Positions 18,572 through 28,078 of a stretch of 64,000 bases of DNA are shown one piece after another. Positions within the stretch are counted from its first letter, which is position 1. Each line of letters begins with the position of its first letter. Origin of the DNA: Candidatus Poribacteria bacterium (lineage in GTDB: Bacteria > Poribacteria > WGA-4E > WGA-3G). The DNA lies in NCBI GenBank assembly GCA_022821725.1, contig JAJEDB010000043.1, positions 143,900 through 207,899 on the forward strand. The letters run 5' to 3'. The notes beneath the pieces were generated by a model. That model saw only the letters and a list, made by a program, of their open reading frames with translations. It searched no databases and had not been told where the DNA came from. The position numbers and the translations under genes are program-made.

Positions 18572-19255
18572 TTAGCGTATACCCACAATTTTCGCAATCA
18601 GATTTAGGGTTTCAATACTGATCTTGCTCAAGAACCTGAACACGTAGTTCGGTATACGGAAGATACCCGGTAGAAAGATGAGGCACATCAGAATCGGCAT
18701 TCCATAGGGACTGAGTTTCTCGAATTGGCGCGCTATCCTTGCGGGGAGCAAACCTCTCACAACACTGAAACCGTCTAACGGAAAAAGTGGGAGCATGTTA
18801 AACGCCGCGAGAAACACACTAATCAGTGCTGTCCGAATCAATTGCCTGTTAATTTCATCATGCAGTGGAGAGCGAATCGGATCGAAAGCGGTAAATTCAA
18901 GTAATAGCCGAACCACGCCCAAAATTCCAAAAGTGATGACAATATTCATGAAGGGCCCTGCAGCGGCGATAAGCATCATATCCCTTCTCGGATTTTTCAG
19001 GTTGAACGGGTTGACTGGCACCGGTTTTGCCCAACCGAAGAAACCGCCCCCAAAGAGCGTGCCGAGCAACGGAAGTATCAGCGTGCCGATAATGTCAATG
19101 TGTACGCCCGGATTCAACGACATCCGTCCAAGGTCGCGCGCCGTTGGATCCCCTAACATGTTCGCTGATTTGGCGTGTCCCCATTCATGAAAGGTTAACA
19201 GAATAATAAACTGTGTAACCACAAGGATTGCTTCATAAGGATCGAAATTAGGCAT
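18572..19255 (-). CDS. M50 family (site-2 protease-like) membrane metalloprotease
   Basis: HEWGH zinc motif and NMLPLFPLDG second motif. Multi-TM. Confidence 0.85.
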   Translation of the reverse strand: MPNFDPYEAILVVTQFIILLTFHEWGHAKSANMLGDPTARDLGRMSLNPGVHIDIIGTLILPLLGTLFGGGFFGWAKPVPVNPFNLKNPRRDMMLIAAAGPFMNIVITFGILGVVRLLLEFTAFDPIRSPLHDEINRQLIRTALISVFLAAFNMLPLFPLDGFSVVRGLLPARIARQFEKLSPYGMPILMCLIFLPGIFRIPNYVFRFLSKISIETLNLIAKIVGIR

Positions 19256-19290
19256 CGTTTATTTGCCGCCGCTTTGCAAGCCAAATCTTG

Positions 19291-20730
19291 CTATACAAAG
19301 GTCCGCAATCGGGCATACGCCTCCTCTTTCTTGGTAATCTCTCCGTCCAATTGTGCCGCAAACAATTTCCAAAGTCGGGTTTCAAAAGCTTGGCTCGGTT
19401 TTTCGCCAAACGCTATCAAGTCTTTTCCTGTGATAAACGGTTCTATCTTCCGCAGAACAAAAAGGTAGTCTTTTATTTTTTCGCGTTTCCACTTCGGCAC
19501 GGTCGTATCCACATAGCCGAGTGCTAATGCCTCAATCGGATAAGATTTCAGCAATTGATAAATCTCGCTCGGTCTCACTGTCTCTTGCAACGGCGCAAGT
19601 GTTTGTTCCAACTGTTTGCAAGCGGTGAGCGGTGTTTCTACCCGATAAAGATTTCCATCTCCACATACGTAAGTTGCCATGTTCTTTGGATCGACAATCC
19701 GCCATCTCCCACTTTGTGGGTCAACGGAGGCATCCTCCGATAATGAGATTCCGAGTTTCGCAAAGGCAGCGTGGGTCACCTTCTCAAGCGAAACTTGCTG
19801 TTGCGAGGCTTGGACCCGGCTGATAAGACGTTGAAGTTGATGTTCCAATACCAATCTGAAACTGAGTGCCTCAATCTGATATATCGGCGTGCGGGTTCCC
19901 AAAAATGCCATCCAGTGCACCCGTTGCGGCTGAAACGCTTCGCCTTTAAGGGACGTTGATACCCAGTTTGTTGCTTGTTCCGCCTTCTTAAAATCACATG
20001 CAAACCTCGCCGATAGATTCCATCCCTGAGAGATGGTTTTCCATACGTCGAGTCGTGCAAGGTGTGCAACGATCTCCGGTGCGTTCTTTTCACTCAGTAT
20101 TCTATCAATCTCATTGCGTATCCGTTCACCACTGAGTTGTGCCAAGACTGGGAGTGCTTCCCGCATTAGAACGATATCGGTTTCAGGAATAGAAAACCCG
20201 TAGCGTCCGGCATATCGAAAAGCGCGAAAGATGCGCGTCGGATCATCCGTGAAACTGTGCTTATGTAGGACGCGAATTGTCCGGTTCTTGAGGTCATCCA
20301 AACCACCGGCTTTATCAACGATCTCACCAAAAGTATGTGTGTCTAAGCACATTGCCAAGGCATTAATCGAAAAGTCGCGTCTTCGTAAATCGTCCGTGAT
20401 GGTCCCTCGTGATACTGTAGGTAACGTCCCTGCCCCTTGATAAGTTTCACGACGGGCGGTAACGAAATCCACTTTAGGAAGGTTAACATCGGCAGGCGTG
20501 ACGGTTGCGGTACCAAATTGCGGGTGTGTTTCCAGCGTGCCGTTCCACCGTTCACACATCGTGCTCGCAACTCGGATCGCATCTCCTTCTACAACGATAT
20601 CGATATCAAGACTCGGTCGTTTGAGCAGGAGATCTCGGACGAATCCACCGACGAGATAAGTTCCCTTTCCACCTACCTCACCAATTTCATGTAACAGATC
20701 CAAGATCGGTTCAGGAATGTTAGGTATCAT
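19291..20730 (-). CDS. CCA-adding enzyme / poly(A) polymerase family nucleotidyltransferase
   Basis: 479 aa. GGFVRDLLL..DIDIVV and RRDFSINALA head-domain motifs. Confidence 0.85.
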   Translation of the reverse strand: MIPNIPEPILDLLHEIGEVGGKGTYLVGGFVRDLLLKRPSLDIDIVVEGDAIRVASTMCERWNGTLETHPQFGTATVTPADVNLPKVDFVTARRETYQGAGTLPTVSRGTITDDLRRRDFSINALAMCLDTHTFGEIVDKAGGLDDLKNRTIRVLHKHSFTDDPTRIFRAFRYAGRYGFSIPETDIVLMREALPVLAQLSGERIRNEIDRILSEKNAPEIVAHLARLDVWKTISQGWNLSARFACDFKKAEQATNWVSTSLKGEAFQPQRVHWMAFLGTRTPIYQIEALSFRLVLEHQLQRLISRVQASQQQVSLEKVTHAAFAKLGISLSEDASVDPQSGRWRIVDPKNMATYVCGDGNLYRVETPLTACKQLEQTLAPLQETVRPSEIYQLLKSYPIEALALGYVDTTVPKWKREKIKDYLFVLRKIEPFITGKDLIAFGEKPSQAFETRLWKLFAAQLDGEITKKEEAYARLRTFV

Positions 20731-20768
20731 TTTTCTTCGGAAGGCGTAAACCTGTGTCTATAGGGTTC

Positions 20769-21449
20769 CTATACGAAGGCAAAGACTCGCGTGGGTGCTC
20801 CAGAACTGCGCGCCAACTTTAGCGGCGCAATCACGACATAGAAATGCGTTGGCAATTGGCTTAAATTGCACAAATCCTCAACATGCGGGATCCCCGCACC
20901 GAGGAAAACGAGATGCGCTGGCGGTAAACCGTCGTGCAAGGGTGGATGTCCTGCCACTGCGTCGATACTACATGCATCTGTCCCAATGACCTTAATGCCC
21001 TTTTCGACGAGGAATTCGGCGGCATCTTCACTGAAACCGATCCACTCTCGGTTGAAGTTATCCTGATAGACGAATCTGTCCATCCCTGTCCGCATAAAGA
21101 CGATGCTGCCTTCTGGAATATCACCATTTTCGGCTATCCACGCTTTAACATCCGCTGCGGTTACAGCGTCATTCGGTTTCTTAATCGCGGAGAAGTCCAT
21201 CAACACCGCGTGTCCCGTCAGTTTCTCTTTTGGGATTTCGGCGATAGTTGCGCCACCCGGGTACATTAAGCAGGGGGCATCCATGTGCGTAGAGTAGTGT
21301 CCGGATGTATCGACACGGCTTTCAAAGTAGCCATCCTTTTCCAGCGTCGCTTGGTCATAAATTTTGGCGGGATCGATCGGTAGCTCACATGGACTCTTTT
21401 CATCGACCACATAAGACAGATCCAGCACGTTTTGAAAATCAAGGTGCAT
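20769..21449 (-). CDS. Cyclase family protein (kynurenine formamidase-like)
   Basis: 226 aa. HYSTHMDAP (HxGTHxDxP-type) motif. Confidence 0.8.
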   Translation of the reverse strand: MHLDFQNVLDLSYVVDEKSPCELPIDPAKIYDQATLEKDGYFESRVDTSGHYSTHMDAPCLMYPGGATIAEIPKEKLTGHAVLMDFSAIKKPNDAVTAADVKAWIAENGDIPEGSIVFMRTGMDRFVYQDNFNREWIGFSEDAAEFLVEKGIKVIGTDACSIDAVAGHPPLHDGLPPAHLVFLGAGIPHVEDLCNLSQLPTHFYVVIAPLKLARSSGAPTRVFAFV

Positions 21450-21500
21450 TTATTATGTTTCTCCTTCCCACAAACATATCGCCTCTAAGGCTTAATAGGT

Positions 21501-21529
21501 AGTATAACACATCCTCTTGAATTATTCAA
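21501..21529 (-). promoter_or_regulatory. Promoter of the cyclase gene
   Basis: Minus strand TTGAAT-N17-TATACT with TGT extended -10. The 14-mer GATGTGTTATACTA is shared with 30528-30541. Confidence 0.5.
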
Positions 21530-21816
21530 ATAAATCGTGTTGACCCTCACCTTTTTTAGTTGCGAAATAACAACCTTTCTGATATGATAGGAACCTCAAC
21601 GAGACCTCAGATGAAGCACTTGGGACAGATTAAAGCATCATTCGCTATAGACGCGGTAAGTCTGAAACGTCTGTCTCACCGACAGATTTAGATGCCGATC
21701 CGTGGATCGTTATGAGCATCAGATCGGCATTTGACCCTCTTCTGTTTCTTCCACTGGCGATTGCGTTAGAAATAGAGGTTGATCGAAAAAAAGACAAAGG
21801 TTGAGAGAAAACATTT

Positions 21817-23856
21817 ATGAAAACGTGCCTCTTTTACATATTTACCGCCTTGTGTGTGATGGTCTTCACTTTCTCGCAGAACGCTTTCGCCCAAGGTTCG
21901 CCGCGGTCAATCGTGCGCGTCATTTACTTTTTGCCAAAAAACCGGCACCCGCAGCCCAACATTGACACCAAACTTGACACGCTGCTAAAGCAGGTGAAAC
22001 GGTTTTACGCCGACGAAATGCAACGCCATGGATACGGCAGAAAGACCTTCAAACTTCAAACCGATAGAAGTGGGAAGACGATCGTGCATCGGCTCAAGGG
22101 CAAATTCAATGATGCGTATTACCAGCGTCAAACATCATACAAAGTCAACAAAGAAGTCGTCGAAGCGTTCGGGTCTGAAAATATCAACTTTGTCGCGATA
22201 GAAACACGCACACGTGTTTTGGAGAGTGGTGCGGGGGATGACATCGACATCTGCGGCCAGGGCAGCGGCTATACCACCGGTGGTATGACACTGATCCCTG
22301 CCTCGGGACATTGTTTCGATTTCGAGATTGCTGCGCACGAACTTGGACACGCTTTTGGGTTGGACCACGATTTTCGTAATGATGCGTATGTGATGTCTTA
22401 CGGGGCGGCCGGAGACGAACTGTCTGTCTGTGCTGCTGAATGGTTGAGTGTCCATCGGAACTTTTTGCCACAACCTAAGCAAGGCAACTTCCCCCCAACG
22501 ATTCAAGTACTTCCGCCGCAAACATCACCGCCGGATTCGGTGCGTTTCCGTTTTACGGTCAGCGATTCGGAGGGCATCCATCAGATCCAGTTGCTGAGTG
22601 TGACAGCGGAAGATGGCTTGCACTTGGTCGGTTGCCAAAAATTCAACGCTGAACGTAGCAGTGTGAAATTTCAACCAACTGTGCGCATCGGGAAATTCGG
22701 GACGGTATTCTTAGTGAAGGTGATGGATGTGCGTGGTCATTTTACAGAACAGCACTTTGAGATTGATGCCACCCCTTATCTCCCGGCAGCCGAAAACATC
22801 TCCGTCCCCGATCCCAACCTTGCCACGGCACTACGAAAAGCCCTGGACTTGCCACCGGAGGCGAAGATCACGCACCTCGATATGCGAAAACTCAGCGTAT
22901 TTGAGGGGAGCGAAAAGCCAATCAAGGACTTAACAGGACTTGAATATGCTAAAAATCTGAAAACTTTTAGACAACTCAAGGGTCATATTTCAGACCTCAC
23001 ACCGTTAGCGGGAGCAACAGATTTGGGGGAGTTAATGCTCCTAAGTTGTCACATTGATGACATCCGACCGCTAAAAGCACTCAAAAATTTGAGTCGCTTA
23101 CACCTCGGTGAGAATCAGATCCGCGATCTGACACCGCTGGCGGCGTTGACGAATCTCCGCGTCTTATCTCTCTGGGATAATCACATCGACGACCTCACGC
23201 CACTCGCTGACAGGGTAGAGTTGGAAACCTTATGGCTTGGAGGTAATGAGATTGATAACATCACTGTGCTGAAAAATATGAAACATCTACAGCTTTTAGA
23301 CCTGGCGGGAAACCACATTCAGAACATCACACCGCTGGCGCATTTGTCAAACATCAAGAGACTCGATCTGCGTAAAAATCAAATCCGTGACATCACAGCG
23401 TTATCAAAAATGAGGCATCTCAAACAGTTATCGGTTGCGGGAAACCCGATTCAGAACCTCCAGCCGCTGAAAAAACTGATGAAGCAGAACCCGGGAATGA
23501 AGCTCGATATCGTGATACCGCAAGGTGTTGCCGCTGCGCCCGTCTTTTCTGAACGTCTTCCCGATGAAACGGCGTTGTTGGCAAACTATCCCAACCCATT
23601 TAATCCGGAGACATGGATACCGTATCAACTCGCGGAAACAGCGGATGTCACGATACATATCTCTGCGGCGAACGGTACATTGGTGAGGATGTTAGCATTA
23701 GGGTATCAGCGCGCCGGTGATTATCAAAACCGAAGCCGTGCGGCGTATTGGGATGGGCGAAACGATGTCAGTGAACCTGTCGCCAGCGGGGTCTATTTCT
23801 ATACCCTCACCGCGGGCGATTTCACCGCGACACGGAAAATGCTGATAATGAAATAG
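21817..23856 (+). CDS. Secreted metzincin-like protease with LRR array and T9SS-type C-terminal sorting domain
   Basis: 679 aa. Signal peptide; HELGHAFGLDHD (nt 22336-22371); about 9 LRRs (LxxLxLxxNxIxDLTPL); C-terminus NYPNPFNPETWIPY..GVYFYTL..RKMLIMK. Confidence 0.8.
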   Translation: MKTCLFYIFTALCVMVFTFSQNAFAQGSPRSIVRVIYFLPKNRHPQPNIDTKLDTLLKQVKRFYADEMQRHGYGRKTFKLQTDRSGKTIVHRLKGKFNDAYYQRQTSYKVNKEVVEAFGSENINFVAIETRTRVLESGAGDDIDICGQGSGYTTGGMTLIPASGHCFDFEIAAHELGHAFGLDHDFRNDAYVMSYGAAGDELSVCAAEWLSVHRNFLPQPKQGNFPPTIQVLPPQTSPPDSVRFRFTVSDSEGIHQIQLLSVTAEDGLHLVGCQKFNAERSSVKFQPTVRIGKFGTVFLVKVMDVRGHFTEQHFEIDATPYLPAAENISVPDPNLATALRKALDLPPEAKITHLDMRKLSVFEGSEKPIKDLTGLEYAKNLKTFRQLKGHISDLTPLAGATDLGELMLLSCHIDDIRPLKALKNLSRLHLGENQIRDLTPLAALTNLRVLSLWDNHIDDLTPLADRVELETLWLGGNEIDNITVLKNMKHLQLLDLAGNHIQNITPLAHLSNIKRLDLRKNQIRDITALSKMRHLKQLSVAGNPIQNLQPLKKLMKQNPGMKLDIVIPQGVAAAPVFSERLPDETALLANYPNPFNPETWIPYQLAETADVTIHISAANGTLVRMLALGYQRAGDYQNRSRAAYWDGRNDVSEPVASGVYFYTLTAGDFTATRKMLIMK

Positions 23857-23888
23857 TATCATATGACCATAGGAGTGCTGGGAGGCTG

Positions 23889-24086
23889 ATGTTTATTGGA
23901 AACCTCCCAGCGATCGTTTCTGAGTGGGTTGCGTTGGGTTCGCTGGCATCTTCTTCAAAAAATGAGGCACTGCATTTGAGAGTCAAGACTGAAATAGAGA
24001 ACTTGCTGGAAAGCATGGAGCGTCTGAGTGAAAAACGTGAGGCTTTGAAACAAGAGATGCCGGTTGCTCCCAAACCGAGCCTGTGA
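23889..24086 (+). CDS. Possible small coiled-coil protein
   Basis: 65 aa, GGGAGG 3 nt before the ATG. An antisense 90-aa ORF covers the same DNA, so coding status is unresolved. Confidence 0.25.
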   Translation: MFIGNLPAIVSEWVALGSLASSSKNEALHLRVKTEIENLLESMERLSEKREALKQEMPVAPKPSL

Positions 24087-24857
24087 TTAGGCATCTTTAA
24101 AGTAATCTAATACAGTATTATGCAGGACTCCATTCGTTGCCACCAGTGAATCCGTCTCTTTCGTAATAGCCTGCCCGCGTATATCCGTCACCTTTCCACC
24201 TGCTTCCCTCACGATAACTGTAATCGCCGCGATGTCCCAAATACTGATCGCCGCTTCAACGACGGCATCGGCTCTTCCGGACGCTACGAGATGATACATG
24301 TAGAAATCACCGAATCCTCTCGTGCGAGCGGCATCGTTGATAAAATCGTAGATGCCGGGGAAAGTGCCTTTTTCTACGAACCACTTCAGCCCACCGTGGC
24401 ATACCATCGCGTCTTCGGGTTGCGTCACGCTGGAGACGGTTATCGGTTCACCGTTCAAGAAAGCTCCACCCCCTACTTCCGCGTAGAGAAGTTCATCCAA
24501 AAGTGGGGCGTTAGAAACACCAAGGATAAGTTCTTCGCCTTTCATCAGGGCAATCTGTGTGCCAAAGATTGGGATTTTTCGGATATAATTTTTTGTGGCA
24601 TCGATTGGGTCGATGATCCAGACATAAGGGGAATCCCCTTTTTCGATCCCATATTCTTCACCTAAGAACCCGTGGTCGGGAAATGTCTGTTTGATGGTTT
24701 CTCGGATAATTTTTTCCGCCCCTCTATCGGCGAGCGTCACCGGTGTCTCATCAGCTTTCATTTCCACTTTCATGGCATCGCCGGTGTAGTAAGCGGTGAT
24801 GATTTCTTCAGCGTTTTTCGCGGCTTCCAACGCGACGGTTAAAAATTGACTCGGCAT
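24087..24857 (-). CDS. Inositol monophosphatase family protein
   Basis: 256 aa. FLGEEYG metal site, WIIDPIDATKNY, WDIAA. Confidence 0.9.
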   Translation of the reverse strand: MPSQFLTVALEAAKNAEEIITAYYTGDAMKVEMKADETPVTLADRGAEKIIRETIKQTFPDHGFLGEEYGIEKGDSPYVWIIDPIDATKNYIRKIPIFGTQIALMKGEELILGVSNAPLLDELLYAEVGGGAFLNGEPITVSSVTQPEDAMVCHGGLKWFVEKGTFPGIYDFINDAARTRGFGDFYMYHLVASGRADAVVEAAISIWDIAAITVIVREAGGKVTDIRGQAITKETDSLVATNGVLHNTVLDYFKDA

Positions 24858-24950
24858 ACTTTAATTATTCCTTGCGGTTCGGTCAGGGATGTTAGGACCT
24901 TCACGTGCCTCTGCGTATTGTCGCAGGCTACACGTTTGGACTTAACAAAC
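24858..24950 (-). promoter_or_regulatory. Recurrent leader element, copy B (upstream of the IMPase gene)
   Basis: Minus strand: TTAAGTCCAAACGTGTAGCCTGCG-ACAATA-CGCAGAGG-CACGTGAAGG..CCGCAAGGAATAATTAAAGT-ATG. Confidence 0.45.
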
Positions 24951-24995
24951 CGCTTTCTTGACGCTAACTGCTAATTGCTAATCGTCATCTGCTAT

Positions 24996-26807
24996 TTAGC
25001 GGAGTGAAATTGCGGGGCAATAAATTCTTTTCCATTCGCGGTGCCACCACGCGCCTTCCGAACGCTTTGTTGTGAGATCCGTAAAGCGATACTCGTAAAG
25101 GGTGGCACGGATATAGCGCGGAGGTTTATCAGGGAACGGATCCTCTGCCAACAATTGTAGCACCTCAGGTTTGCCTTGTAGTAATGCTCCCATGAAATTG
25201 AGGAACCACGGTGTCCTTTGATAACTGCCTTGTAAGGCAGCAAACCACATCTGCCAATCGAGGCGCGGTTGATGTGGTGCAACCCATTTTGGTGCAGTTG
25301 CCGGATCCCCGGGTTTCCATCGAAATTGGTAAGTTTTCCATTCGATACGATCGTTGCTACCTTCAACGATAATTTCTGGACGCGATTCCGTCATGTCTGC
25401 AAAGAGTCCATAGGTATTCACACTCCGAAACGGTGTGATCCAGGCGACATCTGGAAACCTTATCTCTCTGAAAAGCTGCCCTCCGAATCGGATACCGCTC
25501 AGCAGAAAAAGAAGCGTTGCGACGACTACTATGCCAGCACGTCCATATCGGTGAAGGGGCTGTTCGACGAAGCGGATAGTCGGCATCAACCCCCTTGGGA
25601 GCAGCCCTTTCCACGTCGCATCGTCAATCAGAAGGAAGCATAGCGCAATCGTCAACAGATTGAAAAAACAGTAGTTTCCAGTTAAGATGATGAGCACTTG
25701 CAAACCGACCAATCCGATACACCCAAGGGTTCGTAAACGTCGCGGCGCGAAAATTAGAAACGGGACAACCAATTCCGTCGCGAACATACCGATGACTGAC
25801 GCTTTCTGGAAGGCTTCCGGCAACTGATGCGCATACCATCCGAACCCTGTCGGCAACGGTTGCGTTTCATAATGAAAATTCAGAGCCGTAAGGTTTCGCC
25901 ATACCTCGTCACTGGCGAGTTTAACGAACCCGGAGGCAAACATCAATCGGAAGAGGAGCCAACGGAAAAGCCATAAAAACGCTGTTGAGGGTTGCAACGC
26001 ACGTGTGAACCTTTCCCGCAGTTGCAACGGCGCGAAGAAGATTGCCAGAAAGCCTGCCTCTAAGAGCAGGACATCCCACTGGAAACTCAGAAAAACTTGC
26101 CCCACTGACACAAGCGAGAGATAAAACACCCACAGACCGATTAAGGCGAATGGCGGAACAAAGCCTGCGATTAAGACGAATGACAGGAGCACACCACCAG
26201 CACACAAGAGATTGAGACAGGCATCCGAAGCATTCAGCCAGAACAGGGTTGGAACGAGGTAGTAGCCTTCTGTTCCGATTTGCTCACGGACAACTTCCAG
26301 ATACTGTTCTGCGGGCAAAATCCCATTGCCCCCAACGAGTCCGTGAATCTGAACCCACAAGGACAAGAAGGCGATGAGGTAGATACCACCGAGTCCGCGC
26401 AGGAACAGCCATCTCGAAAGACAAAACCCTATTCTCTCGGTATGTGTTCCCCACAACCATCGCGTCATCGCGGAGAAAAACGGACGATGCTGTGCAACGA
26501 AACGGTAAATTCCTTCGGACACGCCAGCGAAGCCGGGTAAACGGTAGTAACACCAGAGCAACAGACCATTGTTCAAGGCGCGTAGGACAGCCGCTGCCCC
26601 GCTTAAAACCGTTCCATCCTGAAGTATTAACTGGACTGAATTCTCAAACGCTGAAAGGGGTATCCCTGGAAATTGTGTTGCTACCTCTTGGTAGGGTGCG
26701 TAGTCAACACTGTCCGCAGTAACGTGTCGCCACTGCGCAATCCAATATCGGCAAAAGTCACAAGCGTTATCGTAAACAAGGAGCGGTTTGCTGCTTTGTG
26801 AGTGCAT
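24996..26807 (-). CDS. DCC-type thiol-disulfide oxidoreductase (DUF393) fused to a lipase-maturation-factor-like membrane domain
   Basis: ATG at 26807 (MHSQSSKPLLVYDNACDFCRYW) starts 8 nt after the upstream stop. The 27101 start in the ORF track would overlap DegT by 290 nt. A polytopic domain follows, ending ..DWQMWFAAL..YEYRFT. Confidence 0.75.
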   Translation of the reverse strand: MHSQSSKPLLVYDNACDFCRYWIAQWRHVTADSVDYAPYQEVATQFPGIPLSAFENSVQLILQDGTVLSGAAAVLRALNNGLLLWCYYRLPGFAGVSEGIYRFVAQHRPFFSAMTRWLWGTHTERIGFCLSRWLFLRGLGGIYLIAFLSLWVQIHGLVGGNGILPAEQYLEVVREQIGTEGYYLVPTLFWLNASDACLNLLCAGGVLLSFVLIAGFVPPFALIGLWVFYLSLVSVGQVFLSFQWDVLLLEAGFLAIFFAPLQLRERFTRALQPSTAFLWLFRWLLFRLMFASGFVKLASDEVWRNLTALNFHYETQPLPTGFGWYAHQLPEAFQKASVIGMFATELVVPFLIFAPRRLRTLGCIGLVGLQVLIILTGNYCFFNLLTIALCFLLIDDATWKGLLPRGLMPTIRFVEQPLHRYGRAGIVVVATLLFLLSGIRFGGQLFREIRFPDVAWITPFRSVNTYGLFADMTESRPEIIVEGSNDRIEWKTYQFRWKPGDPATAPKWVAPHQPRLDWQMWFAALQGSYQRTPWFLNFMGALLQGKPEVLQLLAEDPFPDKPPRYIRATLYEYRFTDLTTKRSEGAWWHREWKRIYCPAISLR

Positions 26808-26814
26808 CAAAGGA

Positions 26815-28044
26815 TTAACGCCATGTCTGATGAATTTTGGCAATAGCTTCCACAATCTGATCCATATCCGTTTCTGAACTGAGGAAGAGATTTTGGAAAA
26901 GCCATACGCTCTGTTCACAGACGGATGCTGCGTTTGGACACGGTAATGGTCGGACGAGGTGCGGGTATTTCTTCGCGACGTGTGCCATTCCAGGTTCTTC
27001 CGAAAGCGGAGAGCGGTAGCCAATAGAACACGGGATGCCCTCGGCAGACAGCGCGTCCACAAATTCCTGTCGCGATTTACCACCAAATCCTTGGGGATCA
27101 TATTTCAAGCAGTAGAGGTGATACCCGTGTTTGGTAACCCACGGGGCAAGTTTCGGGGGTGTGATCCCCTCAATTGCTTTTAAAGCGTTGGAAAGATAGG
27201 TTGCGTTTCGATTGCGGCGATCGGTTTGTGCCTCTAACAGTTCCAACCGGACGAGTAATATTGCAGCGAGATACTCTGAGGGACGGTAGTTCCATCCGAG
27301 TCTCGGATATTCCCAGCGTGCGCCCCCGGGTGCGCGTCCGACATTCATGAAGGCACAGACCCGATCGTGAATATCCTTGTCGTTTGTCGTAACCATACCA
27401 CCTTCACCGGAAGTCAGATTCTTTGAGGCTTGGAAACTAAACGCGCCGACATCGCTGAGGGATCCAACCTTTTTCGTCTGATACTCTGCCCCGTGTGCCT
27501 GTGCACAGTCCTCAATAATCGTGAGGTTATGGCGCTGGGCAATTTCCCGTAAAGCCCCCATATCTGCTGGGTGCCCTCCGAGATGGACAGGCAGAATCGC
27601 CCGCGTTTGCGGACCAATAGCCGCCTCCACCGCTTTCGGATCAATCGTGAAGGTCTCCGGTGAAATGTCTACGAACACCACGGTGCATCGGCGCTCCAAC
27701 ACTGCGCTTGCGGTTGCGACGAAGGTATAATTCGGCACGATAACCTCACCGCCATCGCTAAACCCATCGAGATCCAGCGCGCCTGCTAAAGCGGCACTGA
27801 TTGAATCGGTCCCATGCGGCATAAAGAGGGCGTAGTTTGTCCCAGAATACTGGGCATATTGTTCACCCAAACGCTCAATCATCGTGCCACCGGAGCCTTC
27901 ATTCGCACTCAGGTACACTTCGCGGAGCAGCGGCTCAACTTTCGACTCCCACTCCTCAGTCGTGGTAAGCGGCCATGAGGACCACGGCTCGCTTTCTATA
28001 TTTCGCACAGGGGTGCCGCCTGAAATCGCTAATGGATTGGACAT
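26815..28044 (-). CDS. DegT/DnrJ/EryC1/StrS family sugar aminotransferase
   Basis: PLP-lysine context FSFQASKNLTSGEGG. ATG 28044 carries leader copy C, so the longer 28104 start was rejected. Confidence 0.9.
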   Translation of the reverse strand: MSNPLAISGGTPVRNIESEPWSSWPLTTTEEWESKVEPLLREVYLSANEGSGGTMIERLGEQYAQYSGTNYALFMPHGTDSISAALAGALDLDGFSDGGEVIVPNYTFVATASAVLERRCTVVFVDISPETFTIDPKAVEAAIGPQTRAILPVHLGGHPADMGALREIAQRHNLTIIEDCAQAHGAEYQTKKVGSLSDVGAFSFQASKNLTSGEGGMVTTNDKDIHDRVCAFMNVGRAPGGARWEYPRLGWNYRPSEYLAAILLVRLELLEAQTDRRNRNATYLSNALKAIEGITPPKLAPWVTKHGYHLYCLKYDPQGFGGKSRQEFVDALSAEGIPCSIGYRSPLSEEPGMAHVAKKYPHLVRPLPCPNAASVCEQSVWLFQNLFLSSETDMDQIVEAIAKIHQTWR

Positions 28045-28078
28045 TTTTTTAATTTTCCTTGCGGTTAAATCACGTGTG
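28045..28078 (-). promoter_or_regulatory. Recurrent leader element, short copy C
   Basis: Minus strand CACGTGATTTAACCGCAAGGAAAATTAAAAAA-ATG, filling the whole 34-nt gap after the upstream stop. Confidence 0.4.

Noticed and set aside
21560-21720. Hairpins in the 366-bp gap upstream of the LRR protease gene (TCTGTC-TCACC-GACAGA; ATGCCGATC-N22-GATCGGCAT), considered as a riboswitch or sRNA.
   Set aside because: No match to any riboswitch consensus I know, no flanking promoter or terminator signals, and no second copy in the window. Evidence is insufficient.
26808-27101. The ORF-track start at 27101 gives a 701-aa DCC-LMF protein.
   Set aside because: The first 98 codons overlap the 3' end of degT in another frame and look non-protein-like (R/S/T-rich). 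ATG 26807 begins exactly at the DCC motif, 8 nt after the degT stop.
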